Source: an uncultured Dehalococcoidales bacterium
GTDB lineage: Bacteria > Chloroflexota > Dehalococcoidia > Dehalococcoidales > UBA3254
Direction: 5' to 3'
DNA: 64,000 bases
Assembly: GCA_964386535.1 (NCBI GenBank)
Contig: CAYLRY010000009.1
Location: forward strand, 328 to 64,327
A program made the translations under genes and the position numbers. Shown here piece after piece: positions 19,234-29,093 of this stretch; the stretch's first letter is position 1; the number at the start of each line of letters is the position of its first letter. The notes under the pieces were generated by a model. It had not been told where the DNA came from. It saw only the letters and a program-made list of their open reading frames with translations, and did no database searches.

Positions 19234-19335
19234 AAAATCCGCCTTCTAACGAAGCTAACAGAGTCTGAGGATTTTCACCAAATTGGTGTAGAAACCTCAC
19301 TCCCATTTAAGGCTAACAGATAGTGAAAATTGGTC
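19234..19335 (+). repeat. Intergenic imperfect-palindromic repeat, copy A
   Basis: Shares blocks with 37745-37840 (reverse complement) and 53387-53480: AAATCCGCC, GGATTTTCACCAAAT, AGAAACCT, TTTAAGGCTA. Central palindrome CACCAA-A-TTGGTG at 19276-19288. Confidence 0.55.
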
Positions 19336-19646
19336 TCTGCGCTGCTGTTGACAAATACTTTCTTATCACTTCAGAATACTCGTTAGCTGACAACAGGCTG
19401 GTGTGTTTTAATACAGGAGGATCTCAAGGCCAATCCATATTGGAAGATGACTCCGATGAAGCCTTGATAAATCGCCTGATGAAAACCAGCTCGGGCGGCA
19501 GCATCAGAAAGAAAATGTTAAAAGTGTTCTCCAGGGATGATCTGAAAAAGATGGTTAAGAAGCTTCCAAAGCCCACTTTCGGGCTTATGTTACGAAGTAA
19601 TCCGAAAATTGATAGCAGTTTTCACGAACCAAGTTTAAAAAAATAA
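19323..19646 (+). CDS. Hypothetical protein (weak call)
   Basis: 107-codon ORF with a GTG start that lies inside repeat copy A. No recognisable motif and a Lys-rich C-terminus. The true start, if the ORF is real, may be an internal ATG. Confidence 0.25.
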   Translation: MKIGLCAAVDKYFLITSEYSLADNRLVCFNTGGSQGQSILEDDSDEALINRLMKTSSGGSIRKKMLKVFSRDDLKKMVKKLPKPTFGLMLRSNPKIDSSFHEPSLKK

Positions 19647-19774
19647 CTGGAAGCCTAAGAATCATCCTTTAGTTAAGGCATAGCTGGTATTCGCATCTTA
19701 AATAACGTCTGAGACATGCAAACTATCTAACCCTGGTTTTAAATGTTATACTATAATTTGAGCAGGAGGAAGCT

Positions 19775-20716
19775 TTGAAAGGGAAGGATTTAATCTCTAT
19801 TACGGATCTGACCAATGAAGAAATCCACATATTGATTGATGAAGCCATCAGTATGAAAAATGGGGGATGGCTATCGATACTGGATAGGAAAGTCCTGGTC
19901 CTTCTATTTGAGAAACCATCGCTCAGGACACGGGTCAGCTTTGAAATAGCCATGAGACAATTGGGCGGGTATACCATTTATCTTTCCCCGGCTGAGGTAG
20001 GTCTGGGAAAACGCGAACCAGCCACAGATGTTGCCTCAGTGCTTTCCCGCTATGTAAACATAATCGCTGCACGGACTTTCTCACACCAGACAATTGTGGA
20101 TCTGGCCCGGTATGCTGACGTACCCGTTATTAACGCACTGGATGATATTGAGCATCCCTGCCAGGCGCTGGCTGACTTGCTGACGATTTATGAAAAAAAA
20201 GGTGAATTTAAAGGCCTTAAAGTAGCTTATATAGGTGACGGTAATAATGTGGCCAACAGTCTGATGCTGGCCTGTACCCTGGTGGGTATCAATTTTAGTA
20301 TAGCATCACCCCAGGGTTATAAAGTACCTGAAAATCTATTAGTCACAGCCAGAGAATTTGCCGCAGACAGCGGAGCAAGTTTGTTATGCACAGACAAACC
20401 AGAAGAGGCAGCCGACAGTGCCGACGTAGTTTATACCGATGTCTGGACCAGTATGGGACAGGAAGCGGAATCCGATATCAGACGTAAGGTCTTTGCCAGC
20501 TACAAGGTGACCCAGCAGATACTGGCTTTAGCTAAAAAAGATGTGCTTTTTATGCATCCGCTACCAGCTCATCATGATGAAGAAGTCAGCCAGGGAGTGC
20601 TTGACAGCCCGCATTCCATAGTATTTGACCAGGCAGAGAATAGAATGCACATACAAAAAGCCATATTAGCGGAAATGCTGGGAGGATTGGATATCATCCT
20701 TAGAAGGCATAAATAG
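19775..20716 (+). CDS. argF: Ornithine carbamoyltransferase
   Basis: 313 aa. FEKPSLRTRVSFE (carbamoyl-phosphate site), HPCQALADL, DVWTSMG, FMHPLPA. AGGAGG lies before TTG 19775. Confidence 0.9.
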   Translation: MKGKDLISITDLTNEEIHILIDEAISMKNGGWLSILDRKVLVLLFEKPSLRTRVSFEIAMRQLGGYTIYLSPAEVGLGKREPATDVASVLSRYVNIIAARTFSHQTIVDLARYADVPVINALDDIEHPCQALADLLTIYEKKGEFKGLKVAYIGDGNNVANSLMLACTLVGINFSIASPQGYKVPENLLVTAREFAADSGASLLCTDKPEEAADSADVVYTDVWTSMGQEAESDIRRKVFASYKVTQQILALAKKDVLFMHPLPAHHDEEVSQGVLDSPHSIVFDQAENRMHIQKAILAEMLGGLDIILRRHK

Positions 20717-20826
20717 ATCGCAGTTTAAAAAGCGAAAATAAGAATTCCAGGTAAAGAACTTTTTGATTTCAATCAGCATTCTATAATTAATTAAACTAGG
20801 AATATTGGTAAAAGGTATTTATTAAT

Positions 20827-22137
20827 TTGGCTAAACCATTAGTCGCCCTTATCGGAAGACAAAACGTAGGTAAGTCTACCCTGATGAACCGTATAGCTGG
20901 TAAACCTCTGGCTATTGTAGAAGATCTACCGGGAACTACCCGTGACCGGATATTTACAGAGGTAAATTGGAACGGTGTTGAATTCAGCCTGGTAGACACG
21001 GGAGGTCTGGAATTTACAGAAGAATCAACCATTGCTGCGGGGGTGAGAAAGCAGGCGGAGACTGCCATTGCCGAAGCTGATGTTATTGTTTTTCTCACCG
21101 ATGCCAGGGACGGCCTTATATCGGGAGATTATGATGTGGCCGATATGCTGCGCAAAGCGCAAAAGCCGGTTATTCTAGCAGTAAATAAGGTAGACAGCGA
21201 AAAGCGTGAGGCAGAAACTGCTGAATTTTATAAGCTCGGCTTTAAAGATGTACAACCCATAAGCGGCTATCATGGAAGAGGCGTGGCAGAACTGCTGGAT
21301 AAAATAATTTCGTTATTACCACCCCAGCCTCTCATAAAAAAGGATGAGGAGCAAGGTATTCAGGTAGCTATAGTCGGGCGTCCGCATGTAGGCAAGTCCC
21401 TTTTACTAAACCGCCTTTTAGGGGAAGACCGTAGTATTGTGGGCGCTAAACCGGGGACTACCAGGGATGCAATAGACACCAAACTTGACTTTAATGGCCG
21501 AAATGTGATACTTATTGATACGGCTGGTATCAGGCGCCGCGGCAAAATCGAAGCGGGAATCGAGTGGTACAGTGTAATTCGAGCAATGAGAGCGATTGAC
21601 CGGGCAGATATTGCCTTACTTTTAATTGATGCTGCGGAGCCGTTAACCGATCAGGATACGCATATAGCCGGCTATATTGATAAGTCCGGAAAGGGAATTA
21701 TTATTCTGGTTAACAAATGGGATCTGGTAACTGATAAAAATAAGGACGCTTACAGCGAATATATTCAGAGCCGTTTGAAATTCGCTCCCTGGGCGCCGAT
21801 ATTATATATTTCAGCAATGACCGGAGAGGGAACCAGGAAGATAATGCCGCTGGTTATACAAATTCATCAGGAGAGAGCTATGCGGATACCTGATGCAGAC
21901 ATTGATGCTCTGGTTAAAGAAGCAGTAACAGTACATAACCTGCCTCGTAAAGGTCATAAATTCCTCCACGTATACGGAGCCAATCAGACTGGCACTCACC
22001 CTCCAACTTTCCGGATTCTGGTCAATGATACCAAACTGGTTCATTTCTCATATAAGCGCTTTTTAGAGAATAAAATCCGCGAGGTATATGGTTTCCGAGG
22101 TACTCCGGTCAGGTTACTTTTTAAATCGAGGGGATAA
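20827..22137 (+). CDS. der: Ribosome-associated GTPase Der (EngA)
   Basis: Two tandem GTPase domains (GRQNVGKST ... DTGG; GRPHVGKSL ... DTAG ... NKWD) plus a KH-like C-terminus. Confidence 0.95.
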   Translation: MAKPLVALIGRQNVGKSTLMNRIAGKPLAIVEDLPGTTRDRIFTEVNWNGVEFSLVDTGGLEFTEESTIAAGVRKQAETAIAEADVIVFLTDARDGLISGDYDVADMLRKAQKPVILAVNKVDSEKREAETAEFYKLGFKDVQPISGYHGRGVAELLDKIISLLPPQPLIKKDEEQGIQVAIVGRPHVGKSLLLNRLLGEDRSIVGAKPGTTRDAIDTKLDFNGRNVILIDTAGIRRRGKIEAGIEWYSVIRAMRAIDRADIALLLIDAAEPLTDQDTHIAGYIDKSGKGIIILVNKWDLVTDKNKDAYSEYIQSRLKFAPWAPILYISAMTGEGTRKIMPLVIQIHQERAMRIPDADIDALVKEAVTVHNLPRKGHKFLHVYGANQTGTHPPTFRILVNDTKLVHFSYKRFLENKIREVYGFRGTPVRLLFKSRG

Positions 22138-22140
22138 TTC

Positions 22141-22827
22141 ATGATAATTGCAAAATTCGTTTTTGTTATATTGGCAGGGTACCTGCTCGGTTCAATTCCT
22201 TTCGGCGTTATTGTGAGCCGCCGTAAAAACAAGGTGGATATCTTGAAATACGGTAGCGGAAAAATGGGTACTACCAATGTATTGCGTACCGCCGGAGTTA
22301 AGGCAGCCGTATTTGTATTAGTAGGAGATCTGGTAAAAGGTATTCTGGCAGTGGTCTTTGCCGGATTGATTTTCGGAAACGATTTTCTGATTGTGCACAA
22401 CTTTGGTCTGGGTACCCTGGTCGCTCAGGTACTGGCAGCCCTGGCCGCTGTGGCAGGGCACAACTGGTCTATCTTCCTTAAATTTAAAGGCGGTAGAGGT
22501 GTAGCTACGTTCTTCGGCGGTTTAATCGCTCTTTGCCCTCCGGCAGCTATAGTGGGAGGTGAGGTTCTTATCGTCAGCGCCGGTTTTACCAGGTATATGT
22601 CATTAGGCTCCATTCTCGGTACGATTATGGTATATGTTATTCTGGCCGTTTTAACGGTATTCTATAAATTTCCAGTTGAATATCTAATATACTCACTGGT
22701 AGGCGGCCTAGTTATTATTATCATGCACCGCGATAATATTAATCGATTGCTAGCAGGTAAGGAACGGAAGCTGGGACAAAAAGCAGAACCTCTCATCAGT
22801 GATTCCGCTACCAACCATAAATTCTAA
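22141..22827 (+). CDS. plsY: Glycerol-3-phosphate acyltransferase PlsY
   Basis: 228 aa, multi-TM. GYLLGSIPFG, GSGKMGTTNVLR and GHNWSIFLKFKGGRGVAT motifs. Confidence 0.9.
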   Translation: MIIAKFVFVILAGYLLGSIPFGVIVSRRKNKVDILKYGSGKMGTTNVLRTAGVKAAVFVLVGDLVKGILAVVFAGLIFGNDFLIVHNFGLGTLVAQVLAALAAVAGHNWSIFLKFKGGRGVATFFGGLIALCPPAAIVGGEVLIVSAGFTRYMSLGSILGTIMVYVILAVLTVFYKFPVEYLIYSLVGGLVIIIMHRDNINRLLAGKERKLGQKAEPLISDSATNHKF

Positions 22828-22830
22828 TAT

Positions 22831-23898
22831 ATGCCTGAGGCCGCTATCATCGGGAATACTTCCTGGGGCTTGACCCTGGGGATACTCCTGGCCCGAAAAA
22901 ATATCAATGTTGGGCTTCTAACCCGAACAGAACAAGAAGCTTGTGAACTTATAAAAAGCCGGTTGCGCTCTAATGGCTTGCATCACTATCCAACGCCAGA
23001 TGGCGAATTCCTATCCAATTTTATAGTAACACACCAACCCCAGGAAGCCATGGCTGGAGTAGCTACTGTAATTTTACCGGTCACTTCACAAACCATGCGC
23101 CAGAACGTGCGCGAAATCCGCGCCTTTCTGGATGAAAATATGATCATTGTCAGTGCTGCCAAAGGCTTTGAAGTAAATACCAATTTACGCATGACACAGG
23201 TAATTGCATCCGAAATAGCCTTTTCTTTGCATGGTAATATAGGCGTTATATCCGGGCCTAATCTGGCACGGGAAATTATGCAGGGTCTACCTGCGGCTAC
23301 CGTTGCGGCGTCTGAAAATGCCACTGTCAGCCGTAAAATTCAAAGGTTATTTACCACTCCCAATTTGTGTGTATTTACACATTCTGATGTCATCGGTGTG
23401 GAATTGGGCGGGGCTTTAAAAAATATCATTGCGCTGGGCGCCGGTATGGCAGATGGACTGGGCTACGGTGATAACGCCAAGGCCGCTTTTATTACCCGTG
23501 GTTTAACTGAAATATCCGCACTGGGAGTAGCCATGGGCGCCAGTCCCCTGACCTTTTCGGGCCTGGCTGGCCTGGGGGATTTGATAGCTACCTGCACCAG
23601 CCCTTTAAGCCGAAACCATTATATGGGTGTGGAACTGACCAGAGGACGTTCAGTACAAGAGATAATGGACGGAATGGAAGGGGTCTCTGAAGGGGTTTAT
23701 ACCACCAAAGTAGCCTGGACGTTAGCCCGTCAGCGAGGACTGGAGATGCCTATTACTGAGAAGATTTACCGCGTCTTATATGAAGGTCTCAGTCCTCGAG
23801 AAGCTGCTTCCGAGCTGATGCAGGCACCGGTAGAGCATGAGCTTACCGGGCGCAAATGGGAACTTTTCTCTTTTCTCAGGCGCCGAAGATATTCTTGA
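22831..23898 (+). CDS. gpsA: NAD(P)H-dependent glycerol-3-phosphate dehydrogenase
   Basis: 355 aa. [25 protein letters not shown] and SRNH..G motifs. Conserved der-plsY-gpsA order. Confidence 0.9.
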   Translation: MPEAAIIGNTSWGLTLGILLARKNINVGLLTRTEQEACELIKSRLRSNGLHHYPTPDGEFLSNFIVTHQPQEAMAGVATVILPVTSQTMRQNVREIRAFLDENMIIVSAAKGFEVNTNLRMTQVIASEIAFSLHGNIGVISGPNLAREIMQGLPAATVAASENATVSRKIQRLFTTPNLCVFTHSDVIGVELGGALKNIIALGAGMADGLGYGDNAKAAFITRGLTEISALGVAMGASPLTFSGLAGLGDLIATCTSPLSRNHYMGVELTRGRSVQEIMDGMEGVSEGVYTTKVAWTLARQRGLEMPITEKIYRVLYEGLSPREAASELMQAPVEHELTGRKWELFSFLRRRRYS

Positions 23899-25006
23899 AG
23901 GCATCCATCCAGCCCTTCCATTTATCACCGGAGGGCATATTAGATGGGGTAAAAGTCTCTGCCAGTTCCTTTAACAGTTTGCGTTGTTTATCAGTAAGTG
24001 AATCAGGCACAACCACCACCAATACTACAACAAGATCGCCCCTGCCTCCCCTTTTCAAATGAGTAATACCCTGGCCTTTGAGACGGATGATCTTTCCAGT
24101 CTGACTGCCTGCTGGGATTTTTATTCTGGTTTTTCCTGAGAGACTGGGAATTTCCACCTCATCGCCCAGAGCTGCCTGCGGAAAATTCAGAGCTAATTCA
24201 TAAATAATATCGTCTTCACGGCGTAAGAAGCAAGAATGTGGTTTAACATTAAGTTTAATATACAGATCACCGGAAGGTCCACCCCGGCTGCCGGCATCTC
24301 CTTCCCCGCGAAGAATAATCTGGGCCCCATCATCCACACCGGCGGGAATTTTCACATCCAGGGAGCGTTCAACCCGTTCCTTACCGCTGCCTTTACATTG
24401 TGGGCAGGAATCCGTAATGATAGTACCTTCGCCCCGACATCTGCTGCAAGTGGTAACATTGGTAAAACGGCCGAAAACGCTTTGCTGAACCCTGCGGATC
24501 TGACCAGCGCCGTTGCAATTGGGGCAGCGCACCGGCTGGCTGCCCGGCTTAGACCCTGTGCCATGACACAGCGTACAATTCTCAATGTGAGAGATTTTAA
24601 TATTTTTCTCAGTTCCGAAAGCCGCTTCTTCAAATTCAATAGTCAGGGAGATTTGAAGATCAGAGCCCTGGCGGGGCCCCTGGCTGGTGGCCGTGGTAGC
24701 ACCACCGAAAAAGGCATCAAAAATATCTCCGAAACCGCTAAACTCCATACCGCTAAAACCACGGTTAAACCCGCCTTCTATACCGGCATGACCATAACGG
24801 TCATAGGTAGCTCTTTTATCCGGGTTTGAGAGCACTTCGTAGGCTTCATTGATTTCTTTAAAAGCTTCTCCCGAGTGGTCTTCCTTATTATGATCTGGAT
24901 GGTATTTAAAAGCCAGCTTACGGAAAGCTTTTTTTATGTCTTCATCATTGGCATTTCGGTCTATACCCAAAATTTCATAGTAGTCACGTTTAGAGGACAT
25001 ATTCAC
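23876..25006 (-). CDS. dnaJ: Molecular chaperone DnaJ
   Basis: J-domain with YHPDHNK, a G/F region, and four CxxCxGxG zinc-finger repeats. Its 3' end overlaps gpsA by 23 nt (convergent). Confidence 0.95.
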   Translation of the reverse strand: MNMSSKRDYYEILGIDRNANDEDIKKAFRKLAFKYHPDHNKEDHSGEAFKEINEAYEVLSNPDKRATYDRYGHAGIEGGFNRGFSGMEFSGFGDIFDAFFGGATTATSQGPRQGSDLQISLTIEFEEAAFGTEKNIKISHIENCTLCHGTGSKPGSQPVRCPNCNGAGQIRRVQQSVFGRFTNVTTCSRCRGEGTIITDSCPQCKGSGKERVERSLDVKIPAGVDDGAQIILRGEGDAGSRGGPSGDLYIKLNVKPHSCFLRREDDIIYELALNFPQAALGDEVEIPSLSGKTRIKIPAGSQTGKIIRLKGQGITHLKRGGRGDLVVVLVVVVPDSLTDKQRKLLKELAETFTPSNMPSGDKWKGWMDAFKNIFGA

Positions 25007-25160
25007 TCAACCTGTCAAAAAAATTATTCCATTTTGAAAATCAAAATTAGAATAAAAATGTTTTGAAAACTACAAATTTCAAACCGCTTATTCGCACATG
25101 CTCACATTTAAAAATGATCAACCTACTCCATAACACATTGTAGTATTGGCCATCTTATCT

Positions 25161-25169
25161 AGTATAGCA
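25161..25169 (-). promoter_or_regulatory. Candidate extended -10 promoter for dnaJ
   Basis: The minus strand reads TGCTATACT (reverse complement of 25161-25169). It lies between the dnaK terminator and the dnaJ start. Confidence 0.35.
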
Positions 25170-25202
25170 TTTTGCCTGTCCTGATTGAAGCTGCCGAGTT
25201 GA

Positions 25203-25235
25203 AATAATAAGGCTCCCTGAGGGAGCCTTATTATT
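25203..25235 (-). terminator. Intrinsic terminator after dnaK
   Basis: AATAATAAGGCTCCC (25203-25217), 3-nt loop, GGGAGCCTTATTATT (25221-25235). On the minus strand the GC stem is followed by UUAUUAUUU. Lies 15 nt after the dnaK stop. Confidence 0.75.
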
Positions 25236-25249
25236 AAAAATGGCTGACG

Positions 25250-27187
25250 TTAAACCTCACGGAATTCGCCTTCCACTGTACCCTGACCACCCTGTCCCCC
25301 AGGAGGCGGCTCCTGGCCGCCGGGTTGCCCACCGGCGCTTCCGCCAGGAGGTGGAGGTTGCTGCTGGCGCTGCTGCTGATAAACCGCCTGACCGATTTTT
25401 TGCAGGGCGGCATTCAAATCATCAGTAGCTGTCTTCATACTCTGTGTGTTATTTGCCTGTATTGCGGAACGTAGCGCTGCGATCTTACCTTCTACTTCAC
25501 TATTTAAATCAGCAGGGATTTTCTCTTTATTATCCCTCAGCATCTTTTCAGCAGTGTAAGCTAATGTATCCGCCGTATTGCGCACCTCGGCTTCTTCTTT
25601 GCGGCGGGCATCTTCAGCCGCATGGGAAGCTGCTTCCTGCTGCATTCTTTCAATATCTTCTTTCTTAAGACCACTGGAAGCAGTGATAGTAATCTTCTGC
25701 TCACGTCCGGTGCCTTTATCTACAGCTTTAACATTTAAAATACCGTTTGCATCAATATCAAAGGTAACTTCAATCTGCGGCATGCCTCTGGGCGCAGGCA
25801 GGATACCGTCCAGCATGAAACGTCCCAGGGTCCGGTTATCAGCGGCCATAGGTCTTTCACCCTGAAGAACGTGTATCTCCACACTGGGCTGATTATCCGC
25901 CGCAGTGCTGAAAACCTGGCTCTTGGAAGTAGGAATAGTGGTATTGCGGGGAATCAACGGCGTGGCTACACCACCCAGCGTCTCAATACCCAGGGTCAGA
26001 GGGGTCACATCCAGCAGCAGCACATCTTTTACTTCTCCCTTAAGGACTCCGCCCTGAATGGCAGCTCCGATAGAGACCACCTCTTCCGGGTTAACGCCCC
26101 GGTTGGGTTCCTTATTAAAGAACTGTTTGACCTTCTGCTGAACCAGCGGCATGCGGGTCTGCGAGCCAACCAGAATAACCTCATTCAACTGGGCTGCCGT
26201 TAATCCTGCATCGGTTAGAGCCTGCTTGCACGGACCCAGTGTCTTTTCCACCAGGTCCATCACCAGTTGCTCCAGTTTGGCTTTAGTGAGTGTTATGTTA
26301 AGATGTTTAGGGCCGGAGGCGTCGGCAGTAATAAAAGGCAGGTTGATGTCCGTCTGTTGCACGCTGGATAACTCGATCTTGGCTTTTTCGGCAGCTTCCT
26401 TAAGTCTCTGTAAAGCCATACGGTCCTGGCGCAAATCAATACCCTGATCTTTTTTAAACTCGTCTGCCAGCCAGTCCATTATTCTCTGGTCGAAATCTTC
26501 ACCGCCCAGATGAGTATCACCGGCAGTGGATTTGACCTGAAAGGTCCCTTCACCAAGTTCCAGGATCGAGACATCGAAGGTACCGCCACCCAGGTCATAG
26601 ACCACCACGGTCTCTTCTTTTTTCTTATCCAGGCCGTAGGCTAGAGCAGCCGCCGTAGGCTCATTGATTATTCTCAAGACATTCAGTCCGGCAATAGTCC
26701 CAGCATCCTTGGTTGCCTGACGCTGGCTGTCATTAAAATAAGCAGGTACGGTAATAACGGCTTCGGTAACCTTCTCTCCCAGGTATGATTCGGCATCAGC
26801 CTTTAGTTTTTGCAGGATCATGGCTGATATCTCCGGAGGGCTGTAATCTTTACCCCCCATGGTAACCCGTACCTCATTATTTGGGCCGCGAATTACTTTA
26901 TATGTCTTTCGCCTGGCGTCCTCTTCTACCGGGAGTTCACGCCCTGCGGGTTCGCCCCACTTTCTACCCATAAAACGCTTGATGGCATAAATTGTATTTT
27001 CAGGGTTAACAATGGCCTGCCGTTTTGCCAGCATACCCACAAGGCGTTCACCAGTTTTGCTCACAGCCACTACTGATGGAAGCGCTCGGGTACCATCTGA
27101 AGTGGTTATCACCACCGGTTCTCCGCCTTGCATAACTGACACTACACTCTTGGTAGTGCCCAGATCAATCCCAACCACTTTTGACAT
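25250..27187 (-). CDS. dnaK: Molecular chaperone DnaK (Hsp70)
   Basis: 645 aa. [19 protein letters not shown] and the full Hsp70 layout. Confidence 0.98.
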   Translation of the reverse strand: MSKVVGIDLGTTKSVVSVMQGGEPVVITTSDGTRALPSVVAVSKTGERLVGMLAKRQAIVNPENTIYAIKRFMGRKWGEPAGRELPVEEDARRKTYKVIRGPNNEVRVTMGGKDYSPPEISAMILQKLKADAESYLGEKVTEAVITVPAYFNDSQRQATKDAGTIAGLNVLRIINEPTAAALAYGLDKKKEETVVVYDLGGGTFDVSILELGEGTFQVKSTAGDTHLGGEDFDQRIMDWLADEFKKDQGIDLRQDRMALQRLKEAAEKAKIELSSVQQTDINLPFITADASGPKHLNITLTKAKLEQLVMDLVEKTLGPCKQALTDAGLTAAQLNEVILVGSQTRMPLVQQKVKQFFNKEPNRGVNPEEVVSIGAAIQGGVLKGEVKDVLLLDVTPLTLGIETLGGVATPLIPRNTTIPTSKSQVFSTAADNQPSVEIHVLQGERPMAADNRTLGRFMLDGILPAPRGMPQIEVTFDIDANGILNVKAVDKGTGREQKITITASSGLKKEDIERMQQEAASHAAEDARRKEEAEVRNTADTLAYTAEKMLRDNKEKIPADLNSEVEGKIAALRSAIQANNTQSMKTATDDLNAALQKIGQAVYQQQRQQQPPPPGGSAGGQPGGQEPPPGGQGGQGTVEGEFREV

Positions 27188-27208
27188 GTATTTCTCCTCC
27201 TTAATAGG

Positions 27209-27730
27209 CTATTCTTCGCCACTACCTACGATTACTTTGGCCGGGCAAATAACCTTCTCATTTAATTTATAGCCCGGCTGCATCTCCAATACTACAATAT
27301 CTTTTTTACCTTTTCCGCTGGCCATCGCTTCCATGCAACGGGGATCAAATTCTTCACCCAGGGCTTTAATGCAGGTCACGCCCTGCTTCTCCAGGGTGTC
27401 CTGTAATTTTTTATCGATCAGTTTAAATCCTTCTACCCATTTATTTTGACTATCTTCAGGCGGGATAGCAGCTAGAGCACGCCTGAAATCATCTATCACA
27501 GGCAGAAGGTTAAGCAGAAGGTTAGCATTGGCGTATTTACAGGTTTCTACTTTCTCCTGTTCAGTATAGCGCTTGAAATTTATAAAATCAGCCTGAGATC
27601 TCTGCCATTTGGCTAAATACTCTTCACTTTTTGCTTTTTCTTCAGCCAGGGCTTTTTTCAAATCTTCGATATTGTCCGTAACTATGTTTTCGTTTGCTTT
27701 ATCATTTTCTTTGATGTCCGGTTGTCCCAT
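27209..27730 (-). CDS. grpE: Nucleotide exchange factor GrpE
   Basis: GrpE coiled-coil plus beta-domain (RSQADFINFKRY...; VLEMQPGYKLNEKVICPAKVIV). Start set to ATG 27730 after GGGGAG. The track's longer ORF would overlap hrcA. Confidence 0.9.
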   Translation of the reverse strand: MGQPDIKENDKANENIVTDNIEDLKKALAEEKAKSEEYLAKWQRSQADFINFKRYTEQEKVETCKYANANLLLNLLPVIDDFRRALAAIPPEDSQNKWVEGFKLIDKKLQDTLEKQGVTCIKALGEEFDPRCMEAMASGKGKKDIVVLEMQPGYKLNEKVICPAKVIVGSGEE

Positions 27731-27740
27731 CACACTCCCC

Positions 27741-28793
27741 TTAATTAGCATTATTCCTGTGATCCTGTTCAAAAGTATTAACTCCGTACAGCTCACCTAC
27801 CAGACCACTTAGCAAGACAGCCAGAAAACTGACTGTGGAAATAACCCTGGGATAGGCCATGCGGGTAGGACCCACTACCAGGATCGTACCGCTCGCTTCC
27901 TGCGGCAGTCCATAGCGGCTGATAACCAGGCTACAGTCATGGGCTACTTCAGCCTTGTTTTCGGAACCGATAACCACACGGATTTCTCTATCTTCCGGCT
28001 CCTTAGGCAGAATTGTGCCCAGCATACCCCGGTGTTCAAGCAACTCGAGAATAGATAAAATGCGTTGATTGTGGCTGAACTCCGGTTGATTTAACAGGAA
28101 ATGTAGTCCTTCTAAATAGGACTGGTTATATCCCTGCTCATCTTCTGCCTGCATAATTTTTATCAGACAATCGCTTAACTGCCGCTCAAAGGGAGTTGAG
28201 TTCAATTCTTTTTCTTTGATTTGGGAGGCGTTAAGGCCAATACAGACCTGATTGAATTTTACAGCCACAGCAGTTAACTCTTCCTGTGTGGTGGGATTTT
28301 CAAGAATCAACAATTGCTGTTTTATCCTGACATCCCTTAATACCAGCACTAGCAAAGCAGTATAATCCTGTAAAAAGACCAGGTCCAGATGCCGGAACTG
28401 ACAATCCGCAGGTTTAGGAACAGTAATCACGGCTGTATTATGCGATAAACGGGCTATAATGGCCGCAGCCAGGCTCAACCATTCATCCAGGCGGCCTTCT
28501 ACCTGATGAAAAAGGTGTGTGATCATACGCTGTTCCGAGACGGGTAGTGTTACCGGCTCAAGTGAGCTTACGTAATAGCGGTAGCCTTTGTCCGATGGTA
28601 TGCTTCCGGCCGAAGTATGGGGTCGTATAATATAACCTTCCTGCTCCAGGTAGGCCATTTCGTTGCGGACGGTAGCCGAGCTAACCCCCAGGTCATAATC
28701 CTGTACCAATGTCTGCGAAGATACGGGTACAGCCCGTTCAATATAATGGTTAATAATAGATTTAAGTATGATTTCTGACCTTGAAGTAAGCAC
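27741..28793 (-). CDS. hrcA: Heat-inducible transcription repressor HrcA
   Basis: 350 aa. N-terminal wHTH (ILKSIINHYIERAVPVSSQTL). First gene of hrcA-grpE-dnaK, with a CIRCE element immediately upstream. Confidence 0.9.
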   Translation of the reverse strand: MLTSRSEIILKSIINHYIERAVPVSSQTLVQDYDLGVSSATVRNEMAYLEQEGYIIRPHTSAGSIPSDKGYRYYVSSLEPVTLPVSEQRMITHLFHQVEGRLDEWLSLAAAIIARLSHNTAVITVPKPADCQFRHLDLVFLQDYTALLVLVLRDVRIKQQLLILENPTTQEELTAVAVKFNQVCIGLNASQIKEKELNSTPFERQLSDCLIKIMQAEDEQGYNQSYLEGLHFLLNQPEFSHNQRILSILELLEHRGMLGTILPKEPEDREIRVVIGSENKAEVAHDCSLVISRYGLPQEASGTILVVGPTRMAYPRVISTVSFLAVLLSGLVGELYGVNTFEQDHRNNAN

Positions 28794-28804
28794 TTTTTCC
28801 TCCG

Positions 28805-28831
28805 TTAGCAGTCACAGAGGTCGACTGCTAA
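28805..28831 (-). promoter_or_regulatory. CIRCE operator (HrcA binding site), variant TTAGCAGTC-N9-GACTGCTAA
   Basis: Perfect 9-bp inverted repeat with a 9-nt spacer, 12 nt upstream of the hrcA start codon. Matches the CIRCE consensus TTAGCACTC-N9-GAGTGCTAA except for one symmetric swap. Confidence 0.85.
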
Positions 28832-28838
28832 CAATATT

Positions 28839-28867
28839 AAATTAGCATCTTTAGAAACGATTGTCAA
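28839..28867 (-). promoter_or_regulatory. Candidate sigma70-type promoter of hrcA-grpE-dnaK
   Basis: The minus strand reads TTGACA (reverse complement of 28862-28867), 17-nt spacer, TAATTT (reverse complement of 28839-28844). CIRCE follows directly downstream. Confidence 0.5.
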
Positions 28868-29093
28868 GTATCTTCAATGAGTTTTAGCCTCTTGTTTTTA
28901 TTATATCTCTTGCGTTGATTGATAATGAATAGTAGCTATGTTATATTGGGAACGGGCGCTAATCAGCCTTAAGAAGCAAGCTGTCCGCAATTAAAAAATT
29001 AAATTTTTAAAAACGCACGAGAGCCGGGTTCATGCTCAAAGTCACAGGCTTGGTATTATTAATTTCCGGTTTTCCGGATCAGGATACAGAAAG

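Noticed and set aside
22831-22900. The GpsA N-terminal dinucleotide-binding motif reads GNTSWG instead of the usual GAGSWG.
   Set aside because: The rest of the protein is canonical and the gene sits in the conserved der-plsY-gpsA context. It is probably a lineage variant, and I cannot evaluate it without an alignment.
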